Shown here: piece by piece, positions 13,302-36,435 of the stretch
Layout: each line of letters begins with the position of its first letter
Numbering within the stretch: position 1 is the stretch's first letter
Origin: Salpingoeca rosetta
Lineage: Eukaryota > Protista > Choanoflagellata
Direction: 5' to 3'
Length of the DNA stretch: 64,000 bases
Assembly (NCBI GenBank): GCA_033442325.1
Contig: JAWQFM010000028.1
Coordinates: 453,450-517,449, forward strand
The notes under the pieces: model-generated
Told to the model about the DNA's origin: nothing
Seen by the model: only the letters and a program-made list of their open reading frames with translations
Database searches by the model: none
Program-made: the position numbers and the translations under genes

Positions 13302-13886
13302 GCTTGTGGTGGTGGTGGTGGTGCTGCTGGTGCGATGTGTTTGGCTAGCAAGCAAACAACGAGGCAATGCACCAAAGCGCAGCAGTGGTGTTGTGGGCTG
13401 TTGTGGTGCGTGGAGTTGGCGACGGTTCGTTTCGGCTGCAGCGTCAAATTTCGTCGCTTGTTGGCGATTTGCGAAAGTCTTCACATGAATTTCCAGCCAG
13501 CGACTGAATTCAGACTTGGTGCATTTCGTGCCACCAGGTGCCAACAAGAGGCAGAAGAGAGAGCGCTTGTTGTTGTGCTGCTGTGCTGCGTGCTGGTGTG
13601 TTGTCTGTGCTGACGTGACGCGTGAAAGGGTTGAGATAGATGATGACGGCATGACCTGTGTCCCGTCGATGCTGCGGTCACCAATATCACAGGGACAGTT
13701 TTGAGAGTTTGCTGCTGCTCCATGCAGTACGTAGCCACACAGCCCTCAGCATCAAACGACTCATTCCCAATTCCACATGGCATGTTTGATTGTGATATGT
13801 GAAAAACACAACAACACCAGACACTTGCAGGAACAACGAAGGCGCGTGTCATCAGCGTACACCCTCACGCAACGTGCGACTCGGAG

Positions 13887-15887
13887 ATGAAGGTGACGGC
13901 AGCGACTGCTGCGATTGTCGCCACGGCAGTGGTGGTGCTTGCCGCTGTGTGCGCCGCGTCCCCGACCGCCGCAGCCAGCCCCGCTGATGGCCAATGGTGG
14001 CAGACGGGCATCGTGTACCAAATCTATCCGCGGTCCTTCCTGGACGCATGCAGCCCAAACTGCACGGGGACGGGCTCGCTGCGCGGCATCGAGCGCAAGC
14101 TGCAGTACCTGCGCGACACCGTGGGTGTGAACGCCATCTGGATCTCCCCAATCTACGAGTCACCCATGGCAGACTTTGGCTACGACATCAGCAACTACAC
14201 GGCCATCTGGCCGACGTTTGGCACGATGGAGGACTTTGACAACCTCATTGCTGCAGCAAAGAAGCTGGGCATCCACGTCCTCATGGACTTTGTGCCCAAC
14301 CACACCTCCAACCAGCACCCCTGGTTCCTGGCCTCCCGCAGCAACAAGACCAACCCTTATCGCGACTGGTACGTGTGGCGACAGGGCCGCATCGGCAAGG
14401 ACAGCGAGAAGCTCCCGCCAAACAACTGGCGCACCATCTTCTGCCCGGATGCCAACTGCTACGGCTGGACCTACGACAACGCCACGGACGAGTGGTACTA
14501 CCACTGCTTCCTCACGCAGCAGCCCGACCTCAACTGGACCAACCCCGACGTGGTGTCGGCCATGCACGACGTGCTCCGCTTCTGGCTGCGCAAGGGCGTG
14601 GACGGCTTCCGTGTGGACGCCTTTCCAAACATCCTCGAGGACCCGCAGTTCCGGGACGAGCCGCTCAACCCCAACTGGCACGGCGACCCCGTCACGCAGG
14701 GCTACGAGAAGCTCATCCACATCTACACGGAGAACCAGCCCGGTCTGCATGACATTGTGCGCGGCATGCGCAAAGTGGTGCAGGAGTTTGGCGACGACAA
14801 GGCGCTCATTGGTGAAATCTACCCGGACAACGTCATCACGGAGGAGGATGTTATCTCGTTTTACGGAACGGAGGAGGAGCCCGAGTTCAGCATGCCGTTC
14901 AACATGAACCTCATCTCCTTCTTCGACTACGCCGCTGCGTTTGATCCCACCGTGCACAACAACCCGCGCAATGCCTCCCGCCTGCGTGAGATTGTGGACC
15001 ACTATAACGCCTCGCTCCCCGCGTGGGCACAGCCAAACTTTGTGCTCGGCAACCACGATGTGCGGCGCCTGGCCTCGCGTCTCAACGACACCGCCCTCAC
15101 GCGCGTGGCCAACACGTTGCTCTTCACCCTGCGCGGCACGCCCACCATGTACAACGGGGACGAGTTTGGGCAGAAGGACGGCTACGTTCCCCCCGGGCGC
15201 CGGCAGGACCCCAACTGCAAGACCAACTACACCGGCCTGCGCTGCCGCGATCCAGAGCGCACGCCGCTGCAGTGGGACACGTCAAACGCCAACGCTGGGT
15301 TTAGCGGGGCCGGCGTTGAGACGTGGCTGCCCGTGTCGTCGGACTACGTGCACACCAACGCTGCTGCGCAGATGGGCGACCCAACGTCGATGCTAGATCT
15401 TGTGTCGCGCGTCATTGCCCTCCGCACGCGCGAGCACGCCCTCCACAGCGGGCTGTACCAGTCACTCGACGTGGTGGTCACGCCCGCACACCTCACCGAC
15501 AACGTGTTCGCGTTTCTGCGGTACAACGAGTCCAACACGGCCTATGTTGTGGTTGCCAACCTTGCAGACCACCCAGTGCGCGTGCAGGTTATCCCACCAT
15601 TTGATGTCATCCAACGCAGCGTCGCGCACATTGACACGTTCAACTCGTCCGTTGTCAACAGCACCGTGAACCTGAGTTTCCTGCATCTCCACCGCGCGCA
15701 CGCACAAGTTGTGGCCGTCCGCTACCACAACGAAAGCACGAAGAACACAACGGTGGGCGTTGTTGTGGCTGCGCTCCTCGGCACTGTGTTCATGGTTGCT
15801 GTTGTTGCCGTCTACTGCAAGTTTGGGCGAGCCAAGGACACCGGTTACGCGTACACGGCCGTGCCAGATGTCATTGACGAGCGCTGA
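13887..15887 (+). CDS. Intronless GH13 alpha-glucosidase/maltase-like protein with signal peptide and C-terminal transmembrane anchor
   Basis: 666-aa ORF: WWQTGIVYQIYPRSF, DFGYDISNY, DFVPNH, QPDLN, catalytic DGFRVDA / IGEIY / GNHD, RDPERTPLQW. Hydrophobic N-terminus, TM VGVVVAALLGTVFMVAVVAVYC and a short tail. Confidence 0.95.
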   Translation: MKVTAATAAIVATAVVVLAAVCAASPTAAASPADGQWWQTGIVYQIYPRSFLDACSPNCTGTGSLRGIERKLQYLRDTVGVNAIWISPIYESPMADFGYDISNYTAIWPTFGTMEDFDNLIAAAKKLGIHVLMDFVPNHTSNQHPWFLASRSNKTNPYRDWYVWRQGRIGKDSEKLPPNNWRTIFCPDANCYGWTYDNATDEWYYHCFLTQQPDLNWTNPDVVSAMHDVLRFWLRKGVDGFRVDAFPNILEDPQFRDEPLNPNWHGDPVTQGYEKLIHIYTENQPGLHDIVRGMRKVVQEFGDDKALIGEIYPDNVITEEDVISFYGTEEEPEFSMPFNMNLISFFDYAAAFDPTVHNNPRNASRLREIVDHYNASLPAWAQPNFVLGNHDVRRLASRLNDTALTRVANTLLFTLRGTPTMYNGDEFGQKDGYVPPGRRQDPNCKTNYTGLRCRDPERTPLQWDTSNANAGFSGAGVETWLPVSSDYVHTNAAAQMGDPTSMLDLVSRVIALRTREHALHSGLYQSLDVVVTPAHLTDNVFAFLRYNESNTAYVVVANLADHPVRVQVIPPFDVIQRSVAHIDTFNSSVVNSTVNLSFLHLHRAHAQVVAVRYHNESTKNTTVGVVVAALLGTVFMVAVVAVYCKFGRAKDTGYAYTAVPDVIDER

Positions 15888-16384
15888 CGTGAACATGTGA
15901 TTTGTGATTGTGACTGTTGTGACATGATTGTGATCAATTGTGATTTGTGTCTGTGACTTTTGTGATTGTGGCTGTTGTGACTGTGATTTGTGAGTGTGGG
16001 TGTGTTTGTGATTTGTGAGTGTGAACGTGAGCTGACTGCTGTGTGGGACGTGGCTGCTTCGTCTTATGTGTTCGCTTCGCTTGTGTGCCTTGCTTGCTTG
16101 TGTTTGTGTCGTGTGTTTCCACGTGCTCGTGTGTGCTGCTGAATGCAATGTAACGTGATGATGTGTGAATGCTTGCTTAATGAGTCAAATATGTGTATGC
16201 GCGTACTTGCTTGACTGCCTGTTGTGGGTTTGGTTCTCTTCATGGTTTACAGTACAGCTGTTTGAACCGCTTGCGCACTCAACGCCGTCAAACATCATTA
16301 CAACAACTACATGACATAGATGAAGCACAGCATGTTGCAACTGTCCTTCACCACAACCGTCGCAACTGTTGTGTACCATGATCG

Positions 16385-26268
<9,884 letters not shown>

Positions 26269-26691
26269 CGCAGTCGCAACTACAGCAGCAGCAGTCGCAC
26301 AAGCAAGGTGGAGTGGAATGAATAACTGTTCGCTGGGTCTCTTCCTTCCGATGGTGGTTCCTGAAGAATCGCCATATTTTCAACTACTATTCGGCACTCT
26401 GTTGACGAAACAACAACAACGCCAACCCAGAGACAAGCAAGTGGTGCGGTTGTCTGCTCCTGTGTGCTTGTTTGCTGTGTGTTGGTGTTTGCTGTTGCCT
26501 TCTTTCTTCTCCCCCTGACCTCGCCTGGTGTTTGCTTGTTTGGTTGCAGGTTTACGTGCGCTGACATGACTTCATGCAATGTGTGTTTTGTTCGTTGCGT
26601 TCTCGCAACAGGACCTTCTCGGGGAACCTGACTTATTTGCACGTCATTTTCGAAGCAGCGGCAGCGCAACATTCAAGCGCCACTTGAGGCC

Positions 26692-26829
26692 ATGTCGGAC
26701 TTCCAGCGGGATGTGAAGGAAGTGGAGTCGTTTGACCGCTCCAAGTTGAAGAAGGTCGACGTTGTGGAGAAGAACGTCCTGCCCACCGCGGAAGACATTG
26801 CAGCAGACAAGCTCTCGGACAACCAATGA
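26692..26829 (+). CDS. Monomeric beta-thymosin (WH2-family actin-monomer-binding peptide), 45 aa
   Basis: gccATG...TGA encodes MSDFQRDVKEVESFDRSKLKKVDVVEKNVLPTAEDIAADKLSDNQ. It matches the beta-thymosin pattern E(I/V)ExFDxSKLKKxxxxEKNxLPxxExI. Below the 60-aa cutoff of the ORF track. Confidence 0.9.
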   Translation: MSDFQRDVKEVESFDRSKLKKVDVVEKNVLPTAEDIAADKLSDNQ

Positions 26830-26946
26830 GTGCCTTGCTTGTTCGTGGATGAGCCTGTGATGAGGCAGCAAGCCACTCACGCGGCAATGGCAATGTGAAC
26901 TCGTCTGCGTGTTGTGTGTATGTGTGTGTGTGTCTTTGTGTGTGAA

Positions 26947-27015
<69 letters not shown>

Positions 27016-27490
27016 TCTTGTGTGGCATGCATGTTACCGCCCTGTTTTGTGTCGTGGTGCCTTGACCGCCTCGTTTTGTGTATGTCGTTACAATTTCACA
27101 CCCAATGTTCGTTATCAACCGGCTACATTCTGTGCATGTGTGTGTGTTTGTGTGCGTGCGATTATATCAGCGTATGCGTGTGTGTGTTTTGTGAATGTGT
27201 TAACTAACTGGGCAGCCGAGAGGCAGCCACCACCGCAATCCCACGTCTTCCAACGTGTACATGTGCATGATTGATGTGAATAAACTGCATACGCCTTGGT
27301 ATACTTGAGGAATGTGCAAGCAGCACAGGTGCACGCGTGACAAACAAAAGCGAGTGGGAAGTTGAGAGGAAGGGTTACCACGGCCGGGGAATGGATGTGT
27401 GTGCGTGTGTATGCATGTGTGTGTGTGTATGTGTGTGTATGTGTGTGTGCGTGTGTGTGTATGTGTGTGTGTGTGTGTGCGTGCGTGTCG

Positions 27491-27700
27491 CTATTCCTGT
27501 GTCCAAAGCTTGAACGTTCGATCCCACGAAGACGTGGCAATGTATTTGGCGTCTGTGTGTATGTATGTGTAGGTGTGTAGGTGTGTGCATTTGGGTTTTT
27601 GAGTGAGGGGGGAGAGAGAGGGAGAGACGATGAGCGAACACGCACGTCAACATGCGCAGTCCTCAGCCGCGCGCAGGGAAAAGCAGCCAACCAAACACAC

Positions 27701-27784
<84 letters not shown>

Positions 27785-28203
27785 CAACCAACCAACACAC
27801 ACACAAACAACCAGCCAACAAACAAGTAAACAAACACGTACACGCGCACAAACGTTCAAACAAACACATCAAACCAAACCAAACCAAACCAAACCAAAAC
27901 GGACCGTTTGAGACGTCGATGGACATGACCTTGCCCTCGTGCCCGCGGAGGACCTTGAGCGGCGCGCAGCCGGGGGCCGTCCACACCTTGGCCGTCTCAT
28001 CATACGACGACGTGACAAAGAAGTTGCCCGAGCTGTGGTATCGCAGTCCACTCACCAGGTTGGTGTGCGCCGGCAGCGTGTACACGCACTGCTGCTTGCG
28101 CAGATCCCAGATGCGCACCTGTGCACGCAGACACACACGCACACACACACACATAATGTCATACAGTGGCTTGAGACAAGGGAGCAATGGCAATTGATGT
28201 GTG

Positions 28204-28266
<63 letters not shown>

Positions 28267-28446
28267 TGCGTGTTTCGCAACCCATCGCCCTGCTCAGTGC
28301 TCCGTCTCCACCACCGGTAGCACCAACCGTGTTGTCGTCGCTGCCTGTCGCCACGTGATACCCGTTGGGCGAAAACTGCAGCGCAAGCACCTGTCACACC
28401 AGCAACAGCAGAGGCAAGAGAGAGGGTACACGTTGTCAGCTGTACG

Positions 28447-28545
<99 letters not shown>

Positions 28546-29516
28546 GCACGCAAGGTGTGTATACCTCGCATGAACCATTTTCACAAACTTCACCACACAC
28601 AGCCATTGCAACTGCCGCCGCCGCCACCAGCAGCGGCTGACTCACGTTCTTGGTGTGGCCCTGCAAGACCATAATGTTCTTCCCCGTGCGCAGGTCCCAG
28701 ATACGGCCTGTGTGGTCCAGGCTCGACGTCCCGCACAGCTAAGGCCAAGCAAAGAGCAAAGGCGCGGAGATGCGGATGTGAGGCGCAGATGTGTGGTTGG
28801 TGGGGGGGGGGGGAAATGCATATGGGATGTGCGTGCGCTGCCCTGCATACCCAGACAATCAACAACATCACCACCATCATCACAATCACCACCATCATCA
28901 CAATCACCACCAACCACCAATCAGCACGACCCACCGAGCCGTCGGGGTGGAAGGCGGCGTCGTAGACGGGTCGGGAGTGGCCCTCCTGGTGCAGCACCTC
29001 AACCTCGTTCGACAGGTCCCACAGCCGCCACGAGTGGTCGAAGCTGGGGATGGGCATGGGCATGGAGAGGGTGAGGAGGAGAAGGGTGGGAAAGCAGGGT
29101 TGTGAGCGGGGGGGGGGGGTTTGTTGCAAAGGGCGGTCTTGCAAGGGAGCAAGCGTTGCAAATCACAGGCAAGTCATCACACATTGCTCCACATGTTGTC
29201 ACTAGCACACACGACATCACACGCCACCACGACCACCAGCACCGCACCATGTAGTCATGAGGAGTTTGCCAGACGGGTGGAACTCTGCGCGGGCGACGCG
29301 GGCGGCGTGGCCAGGAAGACTCGACACGGGGGTTGTGCTGACGGTGGAGCATGGAGTGGGGTTGTTTGGGAAAAGAGGGGAGCGGGGTCAGGAGAGGAAA
29401 TGTATGGCAATATATGGCACATGAGACAGTGTGCTCAACAAAGTGGAGCGAGAATAACATCCGTGAACACGTGCACGTCAACAAATGCAAGCAGCCACGC
29501 ACATGCATACACAATT

Positions 29517-29585
<69 letters not shown>

Positions 29586-30701
29586 GAACCACCACCACCA
29601 CCACGACGTGAGTGAACCAACCTGTCGAGCCCCCAGAGCTTGACGGCGCCGTCGACGGAGCACGTGGCAAAGTTGACGGACGAGCGGTCCTGTGAAATGC
29701 ACGCGGACGGATGCCACGACAGCGCACTCACGCGCTCAGCATGCGCACGATACGTGCTCATCTCCTGGCAGTCGTCCGTGTGGTGTGGTGTGGTGTGTTG
29801 TGGTGTGGTGTGTTGTGGTGTGTTGTGGTGTGGTGTGTTGTGTTGTGTGTGACAATGTCAGAGGGAGAGAGAGAGTGTGTGTGTAAGTGTGTGTGTGCGT
29901 GTTTGGTGGTCCAGCGTACATCAGACTACCACTGCCCTCCGAACAACCTCCATCTCCTCCCTTCTTCCGCTCTCCTCTGTTCCGCTTCCTAGCGGACCCC
30001 CCCCCCACACACACACACACAAACCCACTCACGGTGCATGCAGGCACGGCCCAGAGCTTGACGGTTCCGGTCCATGACGCAACACCGAGGATTTTGCTGT
30101 CTGGGGAGAAGCGGCAGAAGGAGAGGGGACGCGTGTCGCCAATCTGGCTGCCGTAGATGCTGAATTGCTGTCGCCGCGATTGGTGATTGGTGGTGATTCG
30201 TGGTGGTGGTGGTGGTGGTGGTGGTTGTAATGTGTGCATGAGAGACGGGTGGAGAGAGGGAGGGGAAAAGGTGAGAGAGTGTGTGTGTGTGCGTGTGCGC
30301 ATTTGTGTGCATTTGTGTGTGTATGTGTATGTATGTGTGTGCGTGTGTGTATGTGTGTGTATGTGTGTGCGTGTGTGTATGTGTTTGTGCGTGCAAACAC
30401 ACCGCCACCCCCTCCCATGAACACAACACTCCTGCGGCACACGCCACTGCCAGCGTACCCTGAGTGTGGAGTACATGTGCTGCTTGCGCGCCTGCTTCTG
30501 CGCATCCGACTTGGCGAGCTCAAGACGCGCCTCCTTAAGCCGGTTGCGTGCCCTTCATGTTGGGCAGTGGCGGTGAAGGGCGAAGGTGGGGGGGAGGGGA
30601 AGGTGTGGTGAGGTGGTTGAGTGGCGTTATAGTAACGAGGTCGGTGGATACAGCCGAACACATGTGGGCTGAAAGGTCGTCAAATCGACACACTTGTGTG
30701 A

Positions 30702-30761
<60 letters not shown>

Positions 30762-31390
30762 GCACGCACACACACGCACGCACGCACGCACACACACACA
30801 CACACACAACTAGTGCAAGTGCAAGTGCCGTGCATGCGTGTGTGTTTTTCAGTGTTTGCACGGACCGTGGGAGGGAGTACTCTGCGACGAACTTGCGTAC
30901 CAGCTTCAACTCCTCGGGGCCAACGTGGTACCACACCTCCTCCGTCTGGCAGTGATGTGATGATGATGGTGGTGATGGTGGCGGTGATGGGGTGGGTCGT
31001 GTGGTGACAATGAGTGGGATACGCGGGAGGAACAACGTGGCGCGCCGGTAAACTCGCTCCTCACATGGAACGCAAACACACACACACACAGACACACACA
31101 CACGAGCACACACACAGACACACACACACGAGCACACACACAAACACACACACGCACTTGTGCACCAAACCACCGCCTTACCACCATCACAACCACTTCC
31201 ACTCCCCACTCATGCATGACCATGTGCCAGCAGAGTGCACAGCCCACCTCCTTCTGTGCCTTGCGTGCTGCGGCCTGTGTCAGCGGCTTCTCTGTAACCG
31301 CTGCGCCCGTGTGCGCCGACAGGAATTCGCGCAGGCGGATACGCCGGTCTGCCGGGTCCTCTCCAAACAGCGCTGTTGGCGGGAAACGGG

Positions 31391-31459
<69 letters not shown>

Positions 31460-31680
31460 GTGTGTGTGTGTGTTTGCGTATTGGTTGGTTAGCTGAATGA
31501 ATGCAAGCGAGAGAGACGCCTTCACCACAAACAGCACCACGCATACATACACAAGGTGCAACGCACATATGCCGCTGTTGCGGCATGACTGGTTACTCAC
31601 TGACGGGCTCGCCGAGTTCCCTCAGCTTCAGGATGACGCCCTCATCCGTCGCAGGAAGCAGCACCTCCCGCTCCTGTCAT

Positions 31681-31762
<82 letters not shown>

Positions 31763-32440
31763 GCATGTCATGTCGACTCATTCTACACGAAGAGCAACAC
31801 AATCATCGGAAACAGGCATATGTCGCTCGAAACAGCCGTGCACCCAAAGTCGGAGTGACTGCCTCACAATCCCCAATACAACACCTCCCACACGACACCG
31901 ACCTTCTTTCTTCGCTCGAGTTCGTCAAGGATGGCATCTTGCCGCTTCTGCTCCATCTGGCTTGTCTCAGACAGCTGCATGCGGGCGCCTGCAGTGTGTG
32001 GATGGCGCAGTGACAAGACAGAGTGCACACACAGCACGTGCCGGCGGCACCGTGTGCAGCAGAACAGGACGTGGTGAGTGGGGGGGGGGATCGGATAACA
32101 ACGGCTCTATCAACACGTTTGTCCTTTGTTGGTGTTGCTGATGATGCCCCTTGCTTTGGACCCTATCATATCTCACCAAACGCAACAACAACACCACCAC
32201 CACCACCACCACCACCACCACCACCACCATCACAGGTGCTCATGTGTGACGGTGGCTGTGCGCGTGCGTACCTGTGTCACTGATGTTGATGTTGCCTGCG
32301 GCCATACCGGCCTTGACAGCCTCCGAGAGCTCCTTCTTCACAGGAGCGGCAGCGGCCTCCACCGGTGCGCCGCCGCGCCTCGCCTTCTCTTGCGCATCCT
32401 GCAGCTGACGCTGGATGCGGTCCAACGCTTGCTCCGACAT
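27491..32440 (-). CDS. PRPF4: U4/U6 snRNP protein Prp4 (PRP4/SFM motif + WD40 repeats)
   Basis: [93 protein letters not shown], last exon [18 protein letters not shown] (stop 27491). Confidence 0.95.
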
Positions 32441-32795
32441 GGCGGCTGGTCACTTGATGTGAAGTTGTTCACTCACTCTGCTTGATGTGAAGAAGGAAAA
32501 GAGGGAAGAAGGAAAGAAACGTGCGAATGAATGTGTGTGCAAGTGCGTTGTGAGTGGGTGTGAGTGATGGCATGAAGGCGAGAGTCATGGGCAGAGGGTG
32601 GGCTGCGACACACGCGCGTGCACACACGGCATGGATGCGCACGCCTCCACACAGCACACCAACCAAGCCACTGGCTCACCTCTTGTCTGCTGTCTTCTGT
32701 CGTGCGAGCGATCTTCTCTTGGCGAAATTCACGTTTGCGTGTTTTGCAGAAGCACTCAGCGGTTACAGAACAGCACTAACACCACCACATCCAAG

Positions 32796-32826
<31 letters not shown>

Positions 32827-32850
32827 TCTCTCTCTCTCTCTTTCTTCGAG

Positions 32851-33826
32851 ATGGTGGACGTGGTGCAGATTGTGGTTGCCCTGGTGGTGCTGGCGATTGG
32901 CGCATACGTTGTGCTGTTTGCGGGCAAGAAGGGCAGCGCCAGCGAGAGGAAGGGGCAGGACCAAGACGGCGAGAAGAAGAACAAGAAGAACAAGAACAAG
33001 AAGAAGAGCAAAGGCAAGAAGAACAAGACCGAGGATGACGCGTCCGGTGTGAAGAACATGTCTCTGAAGCAGCTGCAGCGGCTGTACATGAAAGGGAAGA
33101 ACAGGAAGGGCAAGGTGAAGGTCCCCGACCCCACGGATCCGCTCTTCGTCACGGCGCTCAAGGGCCACACGGAACCCATTCTCGACGCTGTGTTTGCTCC
33201 CAGCGGCACGGTCAGTGACACCTGCTTTTGCGCTGTATGTGCGCGCGTGTATGTGTATGTGTGTGTGTGTGATTGACATAGACTATCTTTCCTTGCATTC
33301 GAACACCCACCCTGCCGCCTCTGCATTGACTTGAAGCATGAAAATGCTTCCTAACATATTCAATCCCTCCCCCGTCCTTCATCATCCACTTAAAATCATC
33401 AGGCGCTTGCCACCTGCAGTGAAGACCGGACGCTGCGCCTGTGGCCAAGAAAGTCGTTTGAAGGCAGCGACCACAAGCCCATCTCGTCTCGCATTGAGCT
33501 TGACCACATCACCCACTTTGCCTTCTCGACAGACGGAAAGTTAGTCGAAGGCTGAACACACAGGCCTTATGACTGGGCCGCTCACACATTGCAACCATTT
33601 TGCTGGGCAACACCAAACGTAACCCGTTGCGCGCACACACACACACACACACGCATACACACATCTACGTTAACTCACTCCTGTGTGCGGCTGTGTGTGT
33701 GTGTGTGTGCGTATTTATTCTAGGGCTGCCGCTGGCGTGCTGGCGCGGGACCAGCAGATTCGACTGTTCAAAGTCTCCTCCAAAACAGGATTCACACCCG
33801 TCAAAGACATTGCTCATGTGCGCTCT

Positions 33827-33896
<70 letters not shown>

Positions 33897-34350
33897 NNNN
33901 NNNNNNNNNNNNNNNNNNNNNNNNNNNNNNNNNNNNNNNNNNNNNNNNNNNNNNNNNNNNNNNNNNNNNNNNNNNNNNNNNNNNNNNNNNNNNNNNNNNN
34001 NNNNNNNNNNNNNNNNNNNNNNNNNNNNNNNNNNNNNNNNNNNNNNNNNNNNNNNNNNNNNNNNNNNNNNNNNNNNNNNNNNNNNNNNNNNNNNNNNNNN
34101 NNNNNNNNNNNNNNNNNNNNNNNNNNNNNNNNNNNNNNNNNNNNNNNNNNNNNNNNNNNNNNNNNNNNNNNNNNNNNNNNNNNNNNNNNNNNNNNNNNNN
34201 NNNNNNNNNNNNNNNNNNNNNNNNNNNNNNNNNNNNNNNNNNNNNNNNNNNNNNNNNNNNNNNNNNNNNNNNNNNNNNNNNNNNNNNNNNNNNNNNNNNN
34301 NNNNNNNNNNNNNNNNNNNNNNNNNNNNNNNNNNNNNNCGTTCGTCGTCG

Positions 34351-34426
<76 letters not shown>

Positions 34427-35039
34427 CGCTATTATGTTTGCATCATGTGACATGATGCAAACAGGCAGACAAGGCTGCCACGTTCCTTCCTTCCTTCCTT
34501 TCGCTTTCTCTTGGCATCTAGCTCCCTCACTCCTCACACCTCTTCGTCCATTCACTACCAAACGACTGCGATGTGCAGGATTCTCGCTGGGCGTGAAGCT
34601 GTGGCGCGTCGTGTCAGATCACGGCTCATTCCTGCACGTGAGTAACCCCCCCCCCACCGTACACTGCATGTATGCATGCAACCATCAAGTGTGTCGATGG
34701 TTTCAGCGTTGCTTGTCTTTTGGCATGTGAGGGACCACCTCCGACCAGCCATTGCACAAACCCACCACCACCAGCCACCATCACATCATCAACTCGCCAT
34801 CATCAACAACGCAACGAACACAACCACTGTCACGTCATCTTCTCACCATCACCACCTCATCCCATCCCCCCCTCCTCTCTCTTTCTCTCCAGTCCCACCG
34901 CTGCGGGCGCCTGCCCGGCCACTCTGCACCGACGGCGCACTTTGCATTCAGCCGCGACTCGGCACTCGCCGCTTCCGTCGCCAGGGATGGCACGTGGAAG
35001 TGCTTCAACATCAAGTTAGCTGCCCACACGGCTCTCTGC

Positions 35040-35122
<83 letters not shown>

Positions 35123-36435
35123 GGTTTTCTTTGCTCGGACCTCAACCACGCACGCATTCACCACAACCTCCACTACCGTCATCAACCCCCTCCCTCTCCT
35201 CTCCCACGCTTCCACCGACCCCCTGTTTAGTGTACGCTGGGATCTCGATGAAGACCCGCGACTGCTGAGCGAAAACACATACGCGCAGCCGTCGTCCGCC
35301 CCTCGCATCGCCATCAGCAGCTCAAACTACACCCTCTGTACGCGCAGACACACGCACGCACACTCCATCGTGGTGGTGGTGGTGGTGGTGGTGGTGTTCA
35401 TTGATTTGCTTGTGGAGTGGTGGTGGTGGTGGCGGTGTGAGGTCTGTGATTCCATGAGGACAGTGTTGTCTCTGCTCGTGTTGTCATTTGATCAACTGCT
35501 CCTGCCATGTGTTCATCTTCCTCCTCCTCACAGCGGTGGAGTATTTCTTGTTTGCTTCTGCCACAACGACCACCGCTCATGTGTGTGTGTGTGTGTGTGT
35601 GCAGGCGTTGGCTCGAAGCAGACCATTGAGATGTTCTCTGTTCACTCTGGCGAGCGCCTTTACGCAATCACAGACGCGCACGCACCAGGTGATGGTGGCA
35701 CGACTATGACAGGACAAGGGGTTGATGCTCATTTGCTGTATTGTTCGTTTTGCATTCCATACGATGCACTTTGCATCTTCACTCTTTTTCGTCTCCCTTG
35801 CTGGTCGTTCCCTCACTGGTCTGCCGTCTACACTGCCAATGTTGCACGCATCGTTCATCACAGCTTTAACCCCTCATCAGCACCTTCCCCTCCCTCCCTC
35901 CCTTGTCTCCTCACCACGTCCCCTCTCCCTCGTCCTCCTCTTGTGTGTGCCTGCAGGCATGGACTTGACGCACCTCTGTTACGACATGGACGATGAGTTT
36001 ATCATCTCCACCGCATACACGCGCGTGCATGTGTGGCGCAACCTTCCGCAAAAGCGCGAGATGGTGCGGCGGCTATGGTCGCATGCTTGTCCTGGTGCCT
36101 GCAAGCACGCACATTCTCACGCACACGCGCGCGCACTCACACATCCCCACCGCACCCCTCCCCCTTTCATTCTTGTGCTGTTTTACAGATTGCACGACTG
36201 ACTGAGAAGGTCCGAACAGAGAGGAACCAGTCGGGCAAGGTGTGGTGCCCCACGTGAACATGCATGCACCTGTTCACAACAGGGGGAAATGTGTCGCGTG
36301 AGGTTGCTGTGCAAGGCCTGCATCATCAACGCTCACCCGACACACACACACACACACGCGCACACATGGACGCAGGACCGCATCAAGGCGCAAGTTGCGG
36401 AGTTGCAGAAGAATTTGAAGGCGTATGGGTGGTGA
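32851..36435 (+). CDS. TBL2: Transducin beta-like 2 (N-terminal TM anchor + WD40), interrupted by an assembly gap
   Basis: N-terminal TM then Lys-rich linker. DPLFVTALKGHTEPI, RLATCSEDRTLRLW..SF..SDHK.ISSRIELDH, ASVARDGTWK.FNI.VRWDLDEDPRLL, coiled C-terminus DRIKAQVAELQKNLKAYGW*. Confidence 0.85.
33897..34338. other. Assembly gap (N run) flanked by (TG)n
   Basis: 442 Ns; likely hides TBL2 exons. Confidence 0.99.

Noticed and set aside
14160-15056. 298-aa antisense ORF and other overlapping ORFs in the GH13 gene
   Set aside because: Shadow ORFs expected from high GC3 codon bias on the real strand.
15896-16030. Degenerate (TGTGAT)n run after the GH13 stop codon
   Set aside because: Simple 3' UTR microsatellite; no evidence of a telomeric or structured role.
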